A DNA stretch of 64,000 nt from Lingula anatina (lineage: Eukaryota; Animalia; Brachiopoda). The notes under the pieces are model-generated. The model worked only from the letters and a program-made list of their open reading frames with translations, was not told the DNA's origin and did no database searches. The translations under genes and the position numbers were made by a program. Of the stretch, positions 40,601 to 53,200 are shown piece by piece (position 1 is the stretch's first letter; every line of letters starts with the position of its first letter). The stretch spans positions 23,560,001 through 23,624,000 of the forward strand of contig CM120646.1 of the NCBI GenBank assembly GCA_051362555.1, given 5' to 3'.

Positions 40601-43209
40601 GTTCTACCTATCGATGATGTTGACATATTCAAATAAATGCCATATATATAGGGCCTACATACATGCAATCAATCAGCCGTTATACTATCAACTTACTCGT
40701 CAACGAACTTGAGAAAGTTTTTTATCATCCCCTTCACAGTGCGTGTCATTTCAGACAGCAACAAACCCTTAACGACCCAGTAGGAATCCCTGAAAAGAGG
40801 ACACGCAGGAAAAGATGTTAACATTGTGCCACTATAACATATAGAACGTAGTATTTATTTCAAATGTGATGAAGCTATGAAAAAAAACAAAAAAACAAAA
40901 CCATATTAGGCTATGTTATTCTCAAAGAATCAGCTGGAATATGACTGAACCTACCAGTAATAAAATTCCCGGAATCTGCCGCCTGGGATAATAAAGGGTT
41001 CGGGTACGTAAATCAGCGAGTATCTGGACTGGTTTACCCTCACATCATCACTGATCTGAAACACAGTTTGTTCTGACAACAATTACCTATATAGAATATC
41101 TTCATTTTCTATAGAGCTTCAGCGCTTTAAGGATATTCCCCCAGTATGTTGCTTAGCATGTTGCCGTTCTTACAGTATATATACGGAATTATATCACAAT
41201 GGACAATTAAGTTATTTACATAGGAACACTTAAATTTGGCCAAGCATGGCAAACGTTCCAAAATTCAAAGGTCAAAGTAGCCCTTCGTTCATCGGCTATA
41301 CCCTTGTTCGGGTAGTGGCTTCTGGGTACCTTTCTTCCGAGAACTTTCCACAGCTTATGTAACTCGAGACCCCAGGTCCGTAACTTGCTGTCTTTGATCC
41401 TGCTGAGGAAGGCTGGACTGGAAGAAACGGATGTTTAAAAAGAGTGAATGTTCTGATTTATCCAGTAAAGGGCCGGTGAAATAAATCTAATACCGGATTT
41501 TTCTTCGTACGACCAGTATTATATTTATTTTTTCTTCCTATGAGATTTAAAAAATTGCTTGTTATTCGAGTTTGAACCTAAACTTCCAACTGGCTCCTGC
41601 CCTCTCCCTATTTATCATGTTGTTAATTTGGTGGAATAGACATACATACATGTAGCTCTACAGGCATTTCCACAACAGAAATTTAAGCCAAAATTCTGTC
41701 TATCTCGGATATTTCAATTCAGAATATAAAAAATCGCAGATTAAACTAAAATAAAGTGACAACTGGTATTAAACTTTTTTTTCTGCCTAGGTGGTACTTC
41801 ATTTGAGCAGAATATACTGAATTACCATTGGCCACGCTTAGCCAACAATTTAGTTTAAAAGTTATATATTGCAATAGGGCCTACATTCATCTGCGGTCCC
41901 TACTCTTGCGTATGAACTGAGCCCGAGCCAAAGCCACGGTTTGAGACTCTTATTTGTATCAATATCAAAATAGGTATCATAACGAGTATGTAGAATGCTT
42001 ATATGGAAAACGGTCGCCGCTTTATTGAAAGTCACAGATGAAGGAGATAACTCTTGACATAATGAAGGAACTATATCATACTTCTCTCTCCAGTCAGTTG
42101 GAGTCCAGTCTTCGAATTCTAGGTTCGGACCTTCGAAGTACGTATTTCTGAAATCTTCCGCTTCCCTCTTGGACAGATTTCTCTTCCCAAGGTCAGCAAA
42201 GGCCTGTAGTATGATCTCTAAAATTTCGGAAGAAAATGGCATCAGTTTCGACGGGATTAATTAAGCTTGTATCGCATGGTGCCATATAGAGGAGAAAGTA
42301 CAGTGTAAAATTGTGCAACGCTATACACATACATGTGCACAGGTCTACTGTAGGATTTAAATGCAAGTGTCAAATTTACCATTTTTCTCAAAATATACCG
42401 CAAAGTCGTTTACTGGTCTAGCTGATATATACGGTATAGACTCTGCAGTTGACTGCGTTTTAAGATCAAGGGCAAACCTTTCAGCCAACGAGCGTCAGCA
42501 CTATTGCTTGTCTTGTAGTCGAACAGACGTTTCAAAAGTGGCATTCTATGACATGCGTGTCTTTGTATGAGTACATTCTATCATTGTGTTTGTATGCGTG
42601 TTTTTGTTTGTGCATTTGCTTAACTTAGCACACAATAGAAGAATACGTGGCAGTTAACTATTTCGAGATCAACAATAACCATATCGAAAGGGATTATTTA
42701 AATAGCCAGTGATGGGCTGACTTTTTCTGGTGTAAAAAAAGTCGACTGTTGTTTTCATACAAATTCCAGCAATCTGGAAATATCGAGCACAAAACAAAGA
42801 CCACTCTGTCGTGTAAATCTAAAGGCTGAAATGCATCAGTCACACAACAAAACCCTACCTACCTTCACTAGCTTTCATCTTCAAGTCAACAAATGTCTTG
42901 GAATCTTCATATATCCTCGCATTTTGCATGGCAGCAAGTAAGGGTCCGTCGCAGTAAATCTGACTGAGATATAAGAAGTATAATAAGAAGCAGTTAGAAA
43001 GATGATAGCAGCGGTTCGTGTCCACTTTCTTGCTACTGATACCCACTGGTTGCAATTGTGTCATATTTTCTCAGGTGATGGAAAACCGCATGCACATTGT
43101 TCTAAAAACCCGTTTTGTCGTTGTAGACCGGCCTGCGTATATGAAAACGGATCTGCCTGAAGTTCTTATACCCGTGATGATAATTGCCGAAATATCTAAG
43201 TTTCCCCCT

Positions 43210-43247
<38 letters not shown>

Positions 43248-43438
43248 ACTGATAGATAACATGTTAGAATCACTACCGCTGACATGCTGACATTTCTACA
43301 ATGCTGTGTAATATGTACCAACCTCTCACAAGCTGCAACGTTCTGTAAATCCTGACCGCTGGCTGAATTCAGGACACAGTTGATGATGAAGAATGCCATT
43401 ACCAGTTGTCCAGCTATCTTATTATACACGGTCGACAT
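36372..43438 (-). CDS. TREH: Trehalase (GH37), ~606 aa, 14 exons, with signal peptide and hydrophobic C-terminal (GPI/TM-type) tail
   Basis: Exons 43438-43323, 42963-42863, 42217-42082, 41417-41330, 41055-40955, 40789-40697, 40355-40116, 39850-39798, 39361-39173, 38748-38513, 38205-38036, 37508-37442, 37156-37103 and 36548-36372. Signatures: DSKTFVD, PGGRFREFYYWDSYW, VPNGGRVYYTRRSQPP, PRPESYRED, AAESGWDFSSRW, QQWDYPNAWPP, MYEKYD..GGEY..GFGWTNG. Confidence 0.97.
37605..37675. repeat. (TG)n(AG)n compound microsatellite in a trehalase intron
   Basis: Direct reading of the sequence. Confidence 0.95.
37747..37998. mobile_element. Palindromic MITE (~110-bp arms) in trehalase intron 11
   Basis: tgatccgagtactaactga...gagatgccgctgattc...ctacacgcgcc versus ggcgtgtgtag...gaatcagcggcatctc...tcagttagtactcggatca. 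Confidence 0.85.
43210..43246 (+). repeat. Poly-G tract (~37 nt) in trehalase intron 1
   Basis: Direct reading of the sequence; the length may be affected by sequencing error. Confidence 0.9.
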
Positions 43439-43747
43439 TCTTCTGACAGTTTGAATACTTGATATTCTCTAATTCAACTAAATATTCAAGAAAGATTATC
43501 TTTGCAGAGTAACGGTCTTTTAAGGTCAGTCCGCTAGATCTCTGTGTGTTTTACGAAGATCAGTACATACTGCTGCCGTTCAGCTTATCTAGTACCTGTA
43601 TGTGTACAAATATTTGTAGATTAGGCAAGGAGACGTGCTGTATCATATGTAAGTAAGCAAAAATGACAGTTTGCCAAATATCCCAACCCAGACGGGTAGG
43701 CATCTAGGAATAAGAAACGGGTGACGGGAGGGATATCATTTCGTCTG

Positions 43748-43919
43748 TCACGTCATCATTTTATATCTACTTAAAACGTGCATTTGATAACCTAGTAATA
43801 TCATTTACCACTAAAAGGGGTGTTCTTATCAGACTTTGGACATCCGCCTCAAAACCGGTGCCTTCTAGTCCGTAATAAAATACTTCTCAGCACAAATCAC
43901 GTCAGCAAGTTTCACGTCA
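43748..43919 (-). promoter_or_regulatory. Cluster of three TGACGTGA motifs upstream of trehalase
   Basis: tcacgtca at 43748-43755, 43897-43904 and 43912-43919, all in the same orientation, 310-480 bp upstream of the ATG. Confidence 0.4.
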
Positions 43920-45634
43920 CTTTTGAAAGCTGTAACGACACTTGGTAGGCGGAACTGTGGATAGCATGTGACAATATTTCTAATTTTGAGAAAGTAACAA
44001 AATACCTCTCTGGATCGGTGTAATGACAATATCTCGTCCTGTGCACGGTGTCAAGAGTGATAATAAGAGCCGAGAGGAAACACTAATATATCTGTGGACG
44101 TCCTAAACACAATTTCGCCTTAAAAGGATATTATGTATGAAGCAAGTAAATCTTTAACAAAAGAAAAAATACCCGTCCGTTGTTTTCCTTTCAAAGTGCA
44201 ACTAACGCTCGTCTTCAATAAACCATATTTTTGTCTGCAAGAGTACTGGGCCATCTGCCTCCGACACATTTTGAAATTAAAATCAACAAACACACTTTAC
44301 CATTCACACGAAGTATCATTCAGTGTGAACTTTTATTTCTTTGCCTTAACACATTTTACTTATAATAGTCAATAAGAACCATGGGTATAATATCAGCTTT
44401 ATAAAATGTACAGGCGCCTCCACTAGAATTCAATGTTGGCGAGAGACGAGTGCTGAAATAGCTGTCCTCCACACACGTAACCCGCCATAATATCGTTACT
44501 AAATAAATATAATTCTGAACGGCAACATACCGGCATTTGAACTCACTGAGATTAGGAATTAAGTGAAGATTATTGTCAACAAAGAGTGGACTAGACGTGT
44601 TCATGCATTTCAACAGCATTTTACCGGTATATATTGCTTACTGTTCAAGATACAGTGGTGGGAATCCACAGGTAAATAAATAAAATGTAGAATTCTGTTA
44701 AGTAAAAATATCTGCACGATTCCATTTCAATTAAGTGATAAGATTTATCGTTCCCACATGTTTAATCAAACTTTACAGAAACTGTATTGGAATCTTGCGC
44801 CTACGCGTCTCTCACACCTGCTCACGTGATCAATGGCACCACAGGGCTAGTAAGGCAGCTAGCACGGTCAACATACTGATAAATTGGCGCAAATGTTGAA
44901 TAAACATGACAGTGAAAACCAAGGTCAGGTTTAGTAAACTGGTCTAAAGTTAAGTCAAAACCTTACTCCACTTCGACCTAAAACAAGTCTGAAGTAGTAA
45001 ACTTCAATGTTTCACATAAAATGTCTCAGTTATATGAATCATTTTATAAATAGAAAGACAAATAGTTTCTTTATAAGTTAGTTACTCTGGATTCATCCCA
45101 CGCTGAAATAGACGCAAAAATCCCTATCTTCAACTGAAGACCAATTTTCCGTCTTAAATTCCTTTACAAAACAGTTCCTGCATAAAGCCCTTCACAGCAG
45201 CTTTACTGAGTATAAATAGTGTGAAATTTAAAAAATGTACAATTAATAGTTTCCTAAAGTATTCATGCATCTTAGAAATTCTCCTATCCATTAAGAAACT
45301 TCCAACCACACTTCCAATATCTTGGTACCACACCTGCTGTACTTACTTATGTTTTAACATTATTTTGGTGTTAAGATTGATGCAGCATTCACCTCTGTAC
45401 AATACTTTGTGCATTTCTTTTTCAAATTATGAAAAAAAAAATAAAAAATTCTCAGGTTTTGCACAGAAAATCCTCTTCATTGTTCTATAATTACAGTCAA
45501 AAGATAACGCTGACCTTACTAATAATCCATCAACTTAAAGAGCACTTGGTATTACAGGAAACCATGCCAACATCCCAAAACTGTCCAAATCTGGTGGTCG
45601 TCTTTTGGTCAAATGTGGACAAACGTGATAAAGA

Positions 45635-46291
45635 CTTGAGCCTTCTCAAACTGTATACAACCTTCTCATACAGTCCCAGCTTTCATAACACAAGACAGAG
45701 TCTTGAGCCTTCTCAAACTGTATACAACCTTCTCATACAGTCCCAGTTTTCATAACACAAGACAGAGTCTTGAGCCTTCTCAAACTGTATACAACCTTCT
45801 CATACAGTCCCAGTTTTCATAACACAAGACAGAGTCTTGAGCCTTCTCAAACTGTATACAACCTTCTCATACAGTCCCAGTTTTCATAACACAAGACAGA
45901 GTCTTGAGCCTTTTCAAACTGTATACAACCTTCTCATACAGTCCCAGCTTTCATAACACAAGACAGAGTCTTGAGCCTTCTCAAACTGTATACAACCTTC
46001 TCATACAGTCCCAGCTTTCATAACACAAGACAGAGTCTTGAGCCTTCTCAAACTGTATACAACCTTCTCATACAGTCCCAGCTTTCATAACACAAGACAG
46101 AGTCTTGAGCCTTCCCAAACTGTATACAACCTTCTCATACAGTCCCAGCTTTCATAACACAAGACAGAGTCTTGAGCCTTCTCAAACTATATACAACCTT
46201 CTCATACAGTCCCAGCTTTCATAACACAAGACAGAGTCTTGAGCCTTCTCAAACTATATACAACCTTCTCATACAGTCCCAGCTTTCATAA
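45635..46291. repeat. Minisatellite, 67-bp unit, ~10 copies, downstream of the USP25/28 stop codon
   Basis: Unit cttgagccttctcaaactgtatacaaccttctcatacagtcccagctttcataacacaagacagagt; copies are nearly identical. Confidence 0.97.
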
Positions 46292-46402
46292 CGCAGGGCC
46301 GAGTGGTGAACAAGAAGTGACTGTCCATCTGTACACATCCTAGGTATGAAGTCTTGGTGGGAGCACCACACAAAAAGGACAGAACAACTGACCAAGGTGA
46401 AC

Positions 46403-46557
46403 ATGGAATTAGAATTACATCTCATAATGGAGCTTAGGTCTGATGTGGAGGTGACTTCGTTTCAGCCTTATCACAATTCCGTCTTCATGTGAACTGAAGT
46501 TTGATTGTCAGTGATGTCACTTAAGCTCCAGTATGACAATGGATTATGATTCTATGG
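46403..46557. repeat. Degenerate inverted repeat (old MITE-like)
   Basis: catggaattagaattacatctcataatggagcttaggt versus the reverse complement of acttaagctccagtatgacaatggattatgattctatg. Confidence 0.5.
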
Positions 46558-47266
46558 GTAACTTAGTTTAAAACAGCTTGAAGAATAAAAACGTTCATTT
46601 TAAGGCCAAGTCACTCCTCTTCACGGGTCTCAGTGGGCTAAAGAAGATAAAATATTAATATCTATTTCCATCCTTGAATCAAATCACAGTAAAGACTGCA
46701 GCAATTCACAATAAGGGCCTCAATTCAGTTTTTGAAGTGGTAATTGGTAAGCATATAACTGAAGGTAAAGGTCATTTCACGTCAAGGAAGGCGACAACAA
46801 CGTAGCAGTAGCTAGGCACAGATAACACCCTGTTGGTCATCTTTATATCTCAGTCCCTATATCTCTGTCAACTAGTCTAAGAACTGTCTTTTGGTTTGTC
46901 TTTTGTCAAGGTTGTCCTCACAACAGTCATCTGTATCCCCATGGTTTTCAGGGTGTAAACAACACTGCATGGCGGTATCCATGGTCTGCAGGGTACCGGG
47001 CAGACTTCTAGATCACTGAGAAGCTATCTTTCCTGGGTCTCTCAGCTGTGGCTATGGAGCAGGTTACAAAGCTGACGGTATGGTAATGACTTAGATAGCT
47101 AGTATGCTTCACAACCGCTGGAAAGAACCACTAGGGGGCAGCAGAGGAGGCTGCAAGCTTACATTATCCCACGTTGGACGAGAATGACCCTCAGAGACGT
47201 AAGCACCTGCTGAGGTCCAGATCACAGAGGAAGAGAGAGAGAGAAAGCTCTGTTGTCTAGTCAGTA

Positions 47267-50200
47267 TCATTTGCTTTTCTCTGCCATCTCAAGGTAACTG
47301 TTCTTCTCAGCCAGATCCATGACTTTTGCATAGCGTTCCAGGAATTCACTGGAGTCCTTGATGTAGTTCAGCTGTGGGAATTTCACGCTTGTCCTCGTCT
47401 CTGAGGGTGGGTCAAACAGCTTGGACATCACGTCTTGTAACTTCTCCAATTTGTCACCTGTACCAAGATAAAAATTGTAGAACTGTAAATATTAAAATGA
47501 ATATATACACACCAGAAGGGTCACATTAAGGGTGGCTGGCTGGAAAGAAACCACCTGACCTACTAGTTTGACTAAGCTGTATTTAAAGTAAACCTGGGAT
47601 GGGTTAGTTCATTATGTACTATCTAAGAGAGCGAGATCAAGATGTCTAAACACTAGAGGCAAAATCTTCCAGCAAAACTGGCCTCAATGTCAACAGTGCT
47701 GGCCAGGAGTGGGTGTGAATGGAGAGATTAGACTGGCTTGCTGTAGTTTATGGTTAAAAATCATAGCCTCAATATCAGCTGAAATAGTAACAAAACTTAT
47801 CTTCTTGGGACACAATTTTTAGCTCAGAAATATCAGTCATTTACTTAAATTGATTAATACCAAGTTTAAATCTTACTCACCTGACACTTCCTGTGCCAGA
47901 ATATTGCACCACTTCTCCCTCAGTTCCTCTGCGGCCAGCGTGTCATCCTGGTACGAAGTGTGGAACAGCGAGGGTAGACACGGCAGCACCAGGTTGTTCA
48001 TGATGATACTAACACCAGAGATGTCCTCATCTGCCTCAAACTGCTGCAGGGCCATGTCATTAAGGTGCTGAAACGAGGAGGGCTACATATGGATACTGGT
48101 GTTTTATATGTGGATATTGATTTCTACATATGGATACTGGTGTTTTATATGTGGATATTGATTTCTACATGTGGATACTGGTGTTCTACATGTGGATATT
48201 AGTGTTCTACACACTGATACTGATGTTCTACATGTAGATATAAATGCTATACATGTGGATACCTCAGTTCTACATGTGGATATTGATTTCTACATGTGGA
48301 TACTGGCATTCTACATGTAGATATTAGTGTTCTGATGTTTCACTGATGTTTAAGGGATATGGATGATATATATGTGGATATGGATATTACCCTTGTGGAT
48401 ATACATGTGGATATAAATGTTATATTTATGGATATGGATAAGAGAAGTATGTCTTTCACTAAGTAAGGTATCTCACCAATAAACACTGCCTCTGATAATA
48501 GGCCATCAGCTTGTTATCAAAGCCTTTCATCCTGTTGCCGTCCGCTATGAGGGAGCGGTTGGTCAGATATGCATAGTGAAGATATGGCAGCGACTCCTGG
48601 TAGCTGAAAACAACATTTATAAAGTCAGATGTGCACAAATAAAGCTTTCTTTTATTTCATAAACATATTAACTGACTGCAAACAATCCCTCTTTGGCTCT
48701 GGCTTAACACGAGCAAAAGACAAAGTGAACATTTTGAGGTAAGTCTCTAAAGTTTAACAGCCAAGACAGTTATAGCCCAACAATTAATATCCTGAGATTA
48801 TAAGTTTCACAAAACAATGTGAAGTAGTGTAATTTGGCAACAACCTTAGGCAACAGCCAAGAAAATTTTGTGTCAAACTCGAAAATAAATTAGTTACACT
48901 AATTAAACCTATGCTGCTACTCCCACTAGACTCGAAGAAATATGACTGTTTTTCTTTTAAAGCTTATTTTTCCATCACCTAGTTAATTTCTATTCAGCCT
49001 AGTAGTATTGTAAGTGGTGTGACCAGTAAGCTGACAGACAACCAGATTTGTACAGACACTCACCGTTCTTTATGAAATGCTTCTATCCCCAGCACTACAC
49101 ACATGATGACACGGCGGAAATTGCTGAAGTTCTCATGCCATTTCTGAACAGGACAAATAGAATACAATGTAGCTTTACAACCATATTATTCTAGACTATC
49201 TACATTAGTTGGTGATCAATCTGTAACATATACAATGTCTGATGAAGTCAGGTTGGCTGTGAACTAAAGTGACCTTTCATGAGGTTCTGGTTGTGTAAAA
49301 AAACAATGATCTTTGGACCATGTTATTATTCTTATAACACTAATTACTTAAAGATATCCAAAGTATAATCACTGGTTAAACACTACTATGCTGGTATTGT
49401 TAATGGTACAATTCTGGACTAAGCCAGTATGCCTGCTGCCATTTTCTAGATCTTGGGTTCAGCCAAAAAATTTAAGCAAACTGAGAAGAGAACAGTACTT
49501 TGATAGTGCTACACCGATTACTAAACGATACCTTGTATTCACTCTTCATTTGTTCACTAGCATCTGATATCATTTCTGATAACTTTCTCTCAGCTGCTCC
49601 CTTTATAGCCTTAAATCTGTAACAGAACAGATACCAGCGTAAGTATAAACATATCACGAGGACATCAAAACATTGCTGATTTCATAAACATGTAAAAATG
49701 TTTTTTTTTTGTTTTTTTTTTTTGTAAATATCATTTTTTTAAATTTTCATCCTTAAACTAAAAATAAAATGCATCTTCAAAAAAAATTCTTCATTCAAAG
49801 ATAACATTAAGATCATCAGCTTTTTACACTGACACGACACTTGATAAAACATCAGTTTTTGGTGCAGGAACAGCATCTGGACCCTATCCACCTTGCTGTA
49901 GTAAAACTGGCAGAAAATCACAATAAAACTAGGAGAAAATCACAGCATAAGTCCTTAGTGATGTGAATTTTAACCTTAACACAGCCTGCACACCTTGGTG
50001 ACATGTTATCTACACATGACCTACTTTGCATCCGTGTCTCCTATCCTGGTGAAGGCGATCTGTTCCATCACCACTCTGTGAATGACTGAATGCGTCGGGG
50101 CTCTGGGGGAAACAAAAATTATCACTACTAGTGGAAAACCATTTAGAGAGAGGGCAGACCTAAGCCAAGACAGCTCAAATCTCATTATTAATGAATGCAT

Positions 50201-53200
50201 GAACTGATTAATGGATCAGCACTTTCACAAAATCTTATCATATTTAAGTCTGCCCTTTCTGATCCATCCTGAGAATTGATCAAAATCTGCCCATGACTTA
50301 ACATCTTAGGCTGTTAACTAAGAAAGCAACAAAAATGCATTTGTTTTCATGAAATATAACTTAGTATGCAATACTGCGCAGTGTACCAGTAACACATAGA
50401 TGGAATTATTAAACTGGGGCTTTGATAAAATCACATGCAGTTTTCTCCCCCCCCCCTCCCCCTTACTCTCTCTCTCTGTATTACTTACTTGCAGGCAATA
50501 CAATACACCAGCATGTGTGACAATCTACTGTCTTTCTTAGGTAGCATCTCTGGGAGTTTTTGACTCAGTTTCTCAGCCTTGTTAATCTCAAAATTGGCCA
50601 CCTAGAAATCAGCACAGGAATTAAGCATCAAATGAGTTTTTATCTCAAGAGACAAATTTTCTTGTAAACAATTTCAAAATTGCTGTAAAAACAGAGGATA
50701 AAAGAGGCTATACTGCCTCCTGGGTATGTACCACCAGCAGCATCCCACCACTGCTGGGTTCCCAGAGCTATTTGAAGATACATTTTTCTGATGTTCATTC
50801 ATTTCTCCTACCACCACAATATAACATCTTTCACTGTGACAAAAACTGAGACCAAAATCATTACTTCCCCATGCTGGAAACAATACAACAAAACTTTGAG
50901 CAGAGTCCTCTTTATGGTTGAGAATAAAATTTCCCTTAAACTAACACATGCACACTTCTAGGCATTTTTCTTTGTTGACTGTTGTTTTATATACTAAGGT
51001 TTACAATGACAACTCTGGAACACCCGAGCTGGGTCATAGTGTCCCCATACCTGTAGCACGTGTCCCTCTGGACGTTTCTGCTCCCACTGTTCCTTGGTCA
51101 TGGCGCCCAGCACAGCCTCCAGAGTATCCACAGTGGACCTCAGTGCCAGCAGAGCATGCTGGTAAGACTGGGAATTCTGGACAGAACTGGACACTGAAAT
51201 ATAGGTCAAGGTCAAGGTTGGCTCTCTGGTCTAAGAATACAGAGTCAAAAGAAAAGAAAAGAAACAAAGAGTTATCAAATATTTTAAATACATTATGTTG
51301 CATAGTGTGCACTTAGTAAAGAATGACTTACAGTACAATCACAATGACCACCAAACCAGAGGAAATACATGTTAAGATTTCACCTCTGATCTAGATATCA
51401 GTTCTGGTAAATTACAGGTCACTCACCTGTAGGACTAAGAGGTTTCTTCTCTCCTACAATAGTGACCTCTGAGTCTCCCCCAGCACCAGGAGCAGTTGTG
51501 ACAGTGGCGGCAGCGGGAGCAGTGGTGACAGTGGCGGCAGCGGCTTGCTGTTGTTTCCTGTCCCAGTCTTCCATCTCCTGACAGAACTTAGTGTTATCCT
51601 CACTGATATAGTCCTGTAGATCCTGAGCCAGCTTCTTCACCACATCAGTCTGGGTACTATTACTGATCTGACCTGTCTCCTTGTCTACTAGACTACTGCT
51701 ATCTGATAACAAGAGGGAGGAGTTACCTTCAACACATGCTTCATTGTTTTACGTATTCTATTCCTGTAGTTCAAAATAAAAGGACTTAAAGAATGGTATT
51801 TTAAAAAGTTGCTGTGTTTCAAAATAAAGGAACATAAAATATGATATTCTGAAAAGTATAGTATTTGGTAATGAAGACATTAGGTCAGATTTGGTAACAT
51901 TCAAAAGTTACTCAAATCAAATCATACCAGACACAAAAGTAATTTCCATCCTACTGATTTCATGACAAATCCAGAGCAGTCTAATGCATTAGTCACTTCT
52001 TTCTATTACAACACAGGGGAAATATTCCATTTAAGTTGAGAACTCCATTAACTGTTCAGTCAAGATCAAAGTCGACTGAAGTTTTTGGTCTATAAGTTAA
52101 GACCAACTTTCATTCTTTAGTCATGTTAAGAAAGCAGCCCCAGCTTACCCTGTATAAGTTAAGACCAACTTTCATTCTTTAGTCATGTTAAGAAAGCAGC
52201 CCCAGCTTACCCCGTATAAGTTAAGACCAACTTTCATTCTTTAGTCATGTTAAGAAAGCAGCCCCAGCTTACCCTGTATAAGTTAAGACCAACTTTCATT
52301 CTTTAGTCATGTTAAGAAAGCAGCCCCAGCTTACCCCGTATAAGTTAAGACCAACTTTCATTCCTTAGTCATGTTAAGAAAGCAGCCCCAGCTTACCCTG
52401 TATAAGTTAAGACCAACTTTCATTCTTTAGTCATGTTAAGAAAGCAGCCCCAGCTTACCCTGTATAAGTTAAGACCAACTTTCATTCTTTAGTCATGTTA
52501 AGAAAGCAGCCCCAGCTTACCCCGTATAAGTTAAGACCAACTTTCATTCTTTAGTCATGTTAAGAAAGCAGCCCCAGCTTACCCTGTATAAGTTAAGACC
52601 AACTTTCATTCTTTAGTCATGTTAAGAAAGCAGCCCCAGCTTACCCCGTATAAGTTAAGACCAACTTTCATTCCTTAGTCATGTTAAGAAAGCAGCCCCA
52701 GCTTACCCTGTATAAGTTAAGACCAACTTTCATTCTTTAGTCATGTTAAGAAAGCAGCCCCAGCTTACCCTGTATAAGTTAAGACCAACTTTCATTCTTT
52801 AGTCATGTTAAGAAAGCAGCCCCAGCTTACCCCGTATAAGTTAAGACCAACTTTCATTCCTTAGTCATGTTAAGAAAGCAGCCCCAGCTTACCCTGTATA
52901 AGTTAAGACCAACTTTCATTCTTTAGTCATGTTAAGAAAGCAGCCCCAGCTTACCCCGTATAAGTTAAGACCAACTTTCATTCCTTAGTCATGTTAAGAA
53001 AGCAGCCCCAGCTTACCCTGTATAAGTTAAGACCAACTTTCATTCTTTAGTCATGTTAAGAAAGCAGCCCCAGCTTACCCCGTATAAGTTAAGACCAACT
53101 TTCATTCCTTAGTCATGTTAAGAAAGCAGCCCCAGCTTAACCTGTATAAGTTAAGACCAACTTTCATTCTTTAGTCATGTTAAGAAGGCTGTCCCCAGCT

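Noticed and set aside
43018-43290. Poly-Gly and poly-Pro ORFs
   Set aside because: These are translations of an intronic poly-G tract.
45670-52150. Shared cag(t/c)cccagctt motif between the 67-bp and 62-bp arrays
   Set aside because: Only ~11 nt match, and the arrays derive from different local sequences; likely coincidence.
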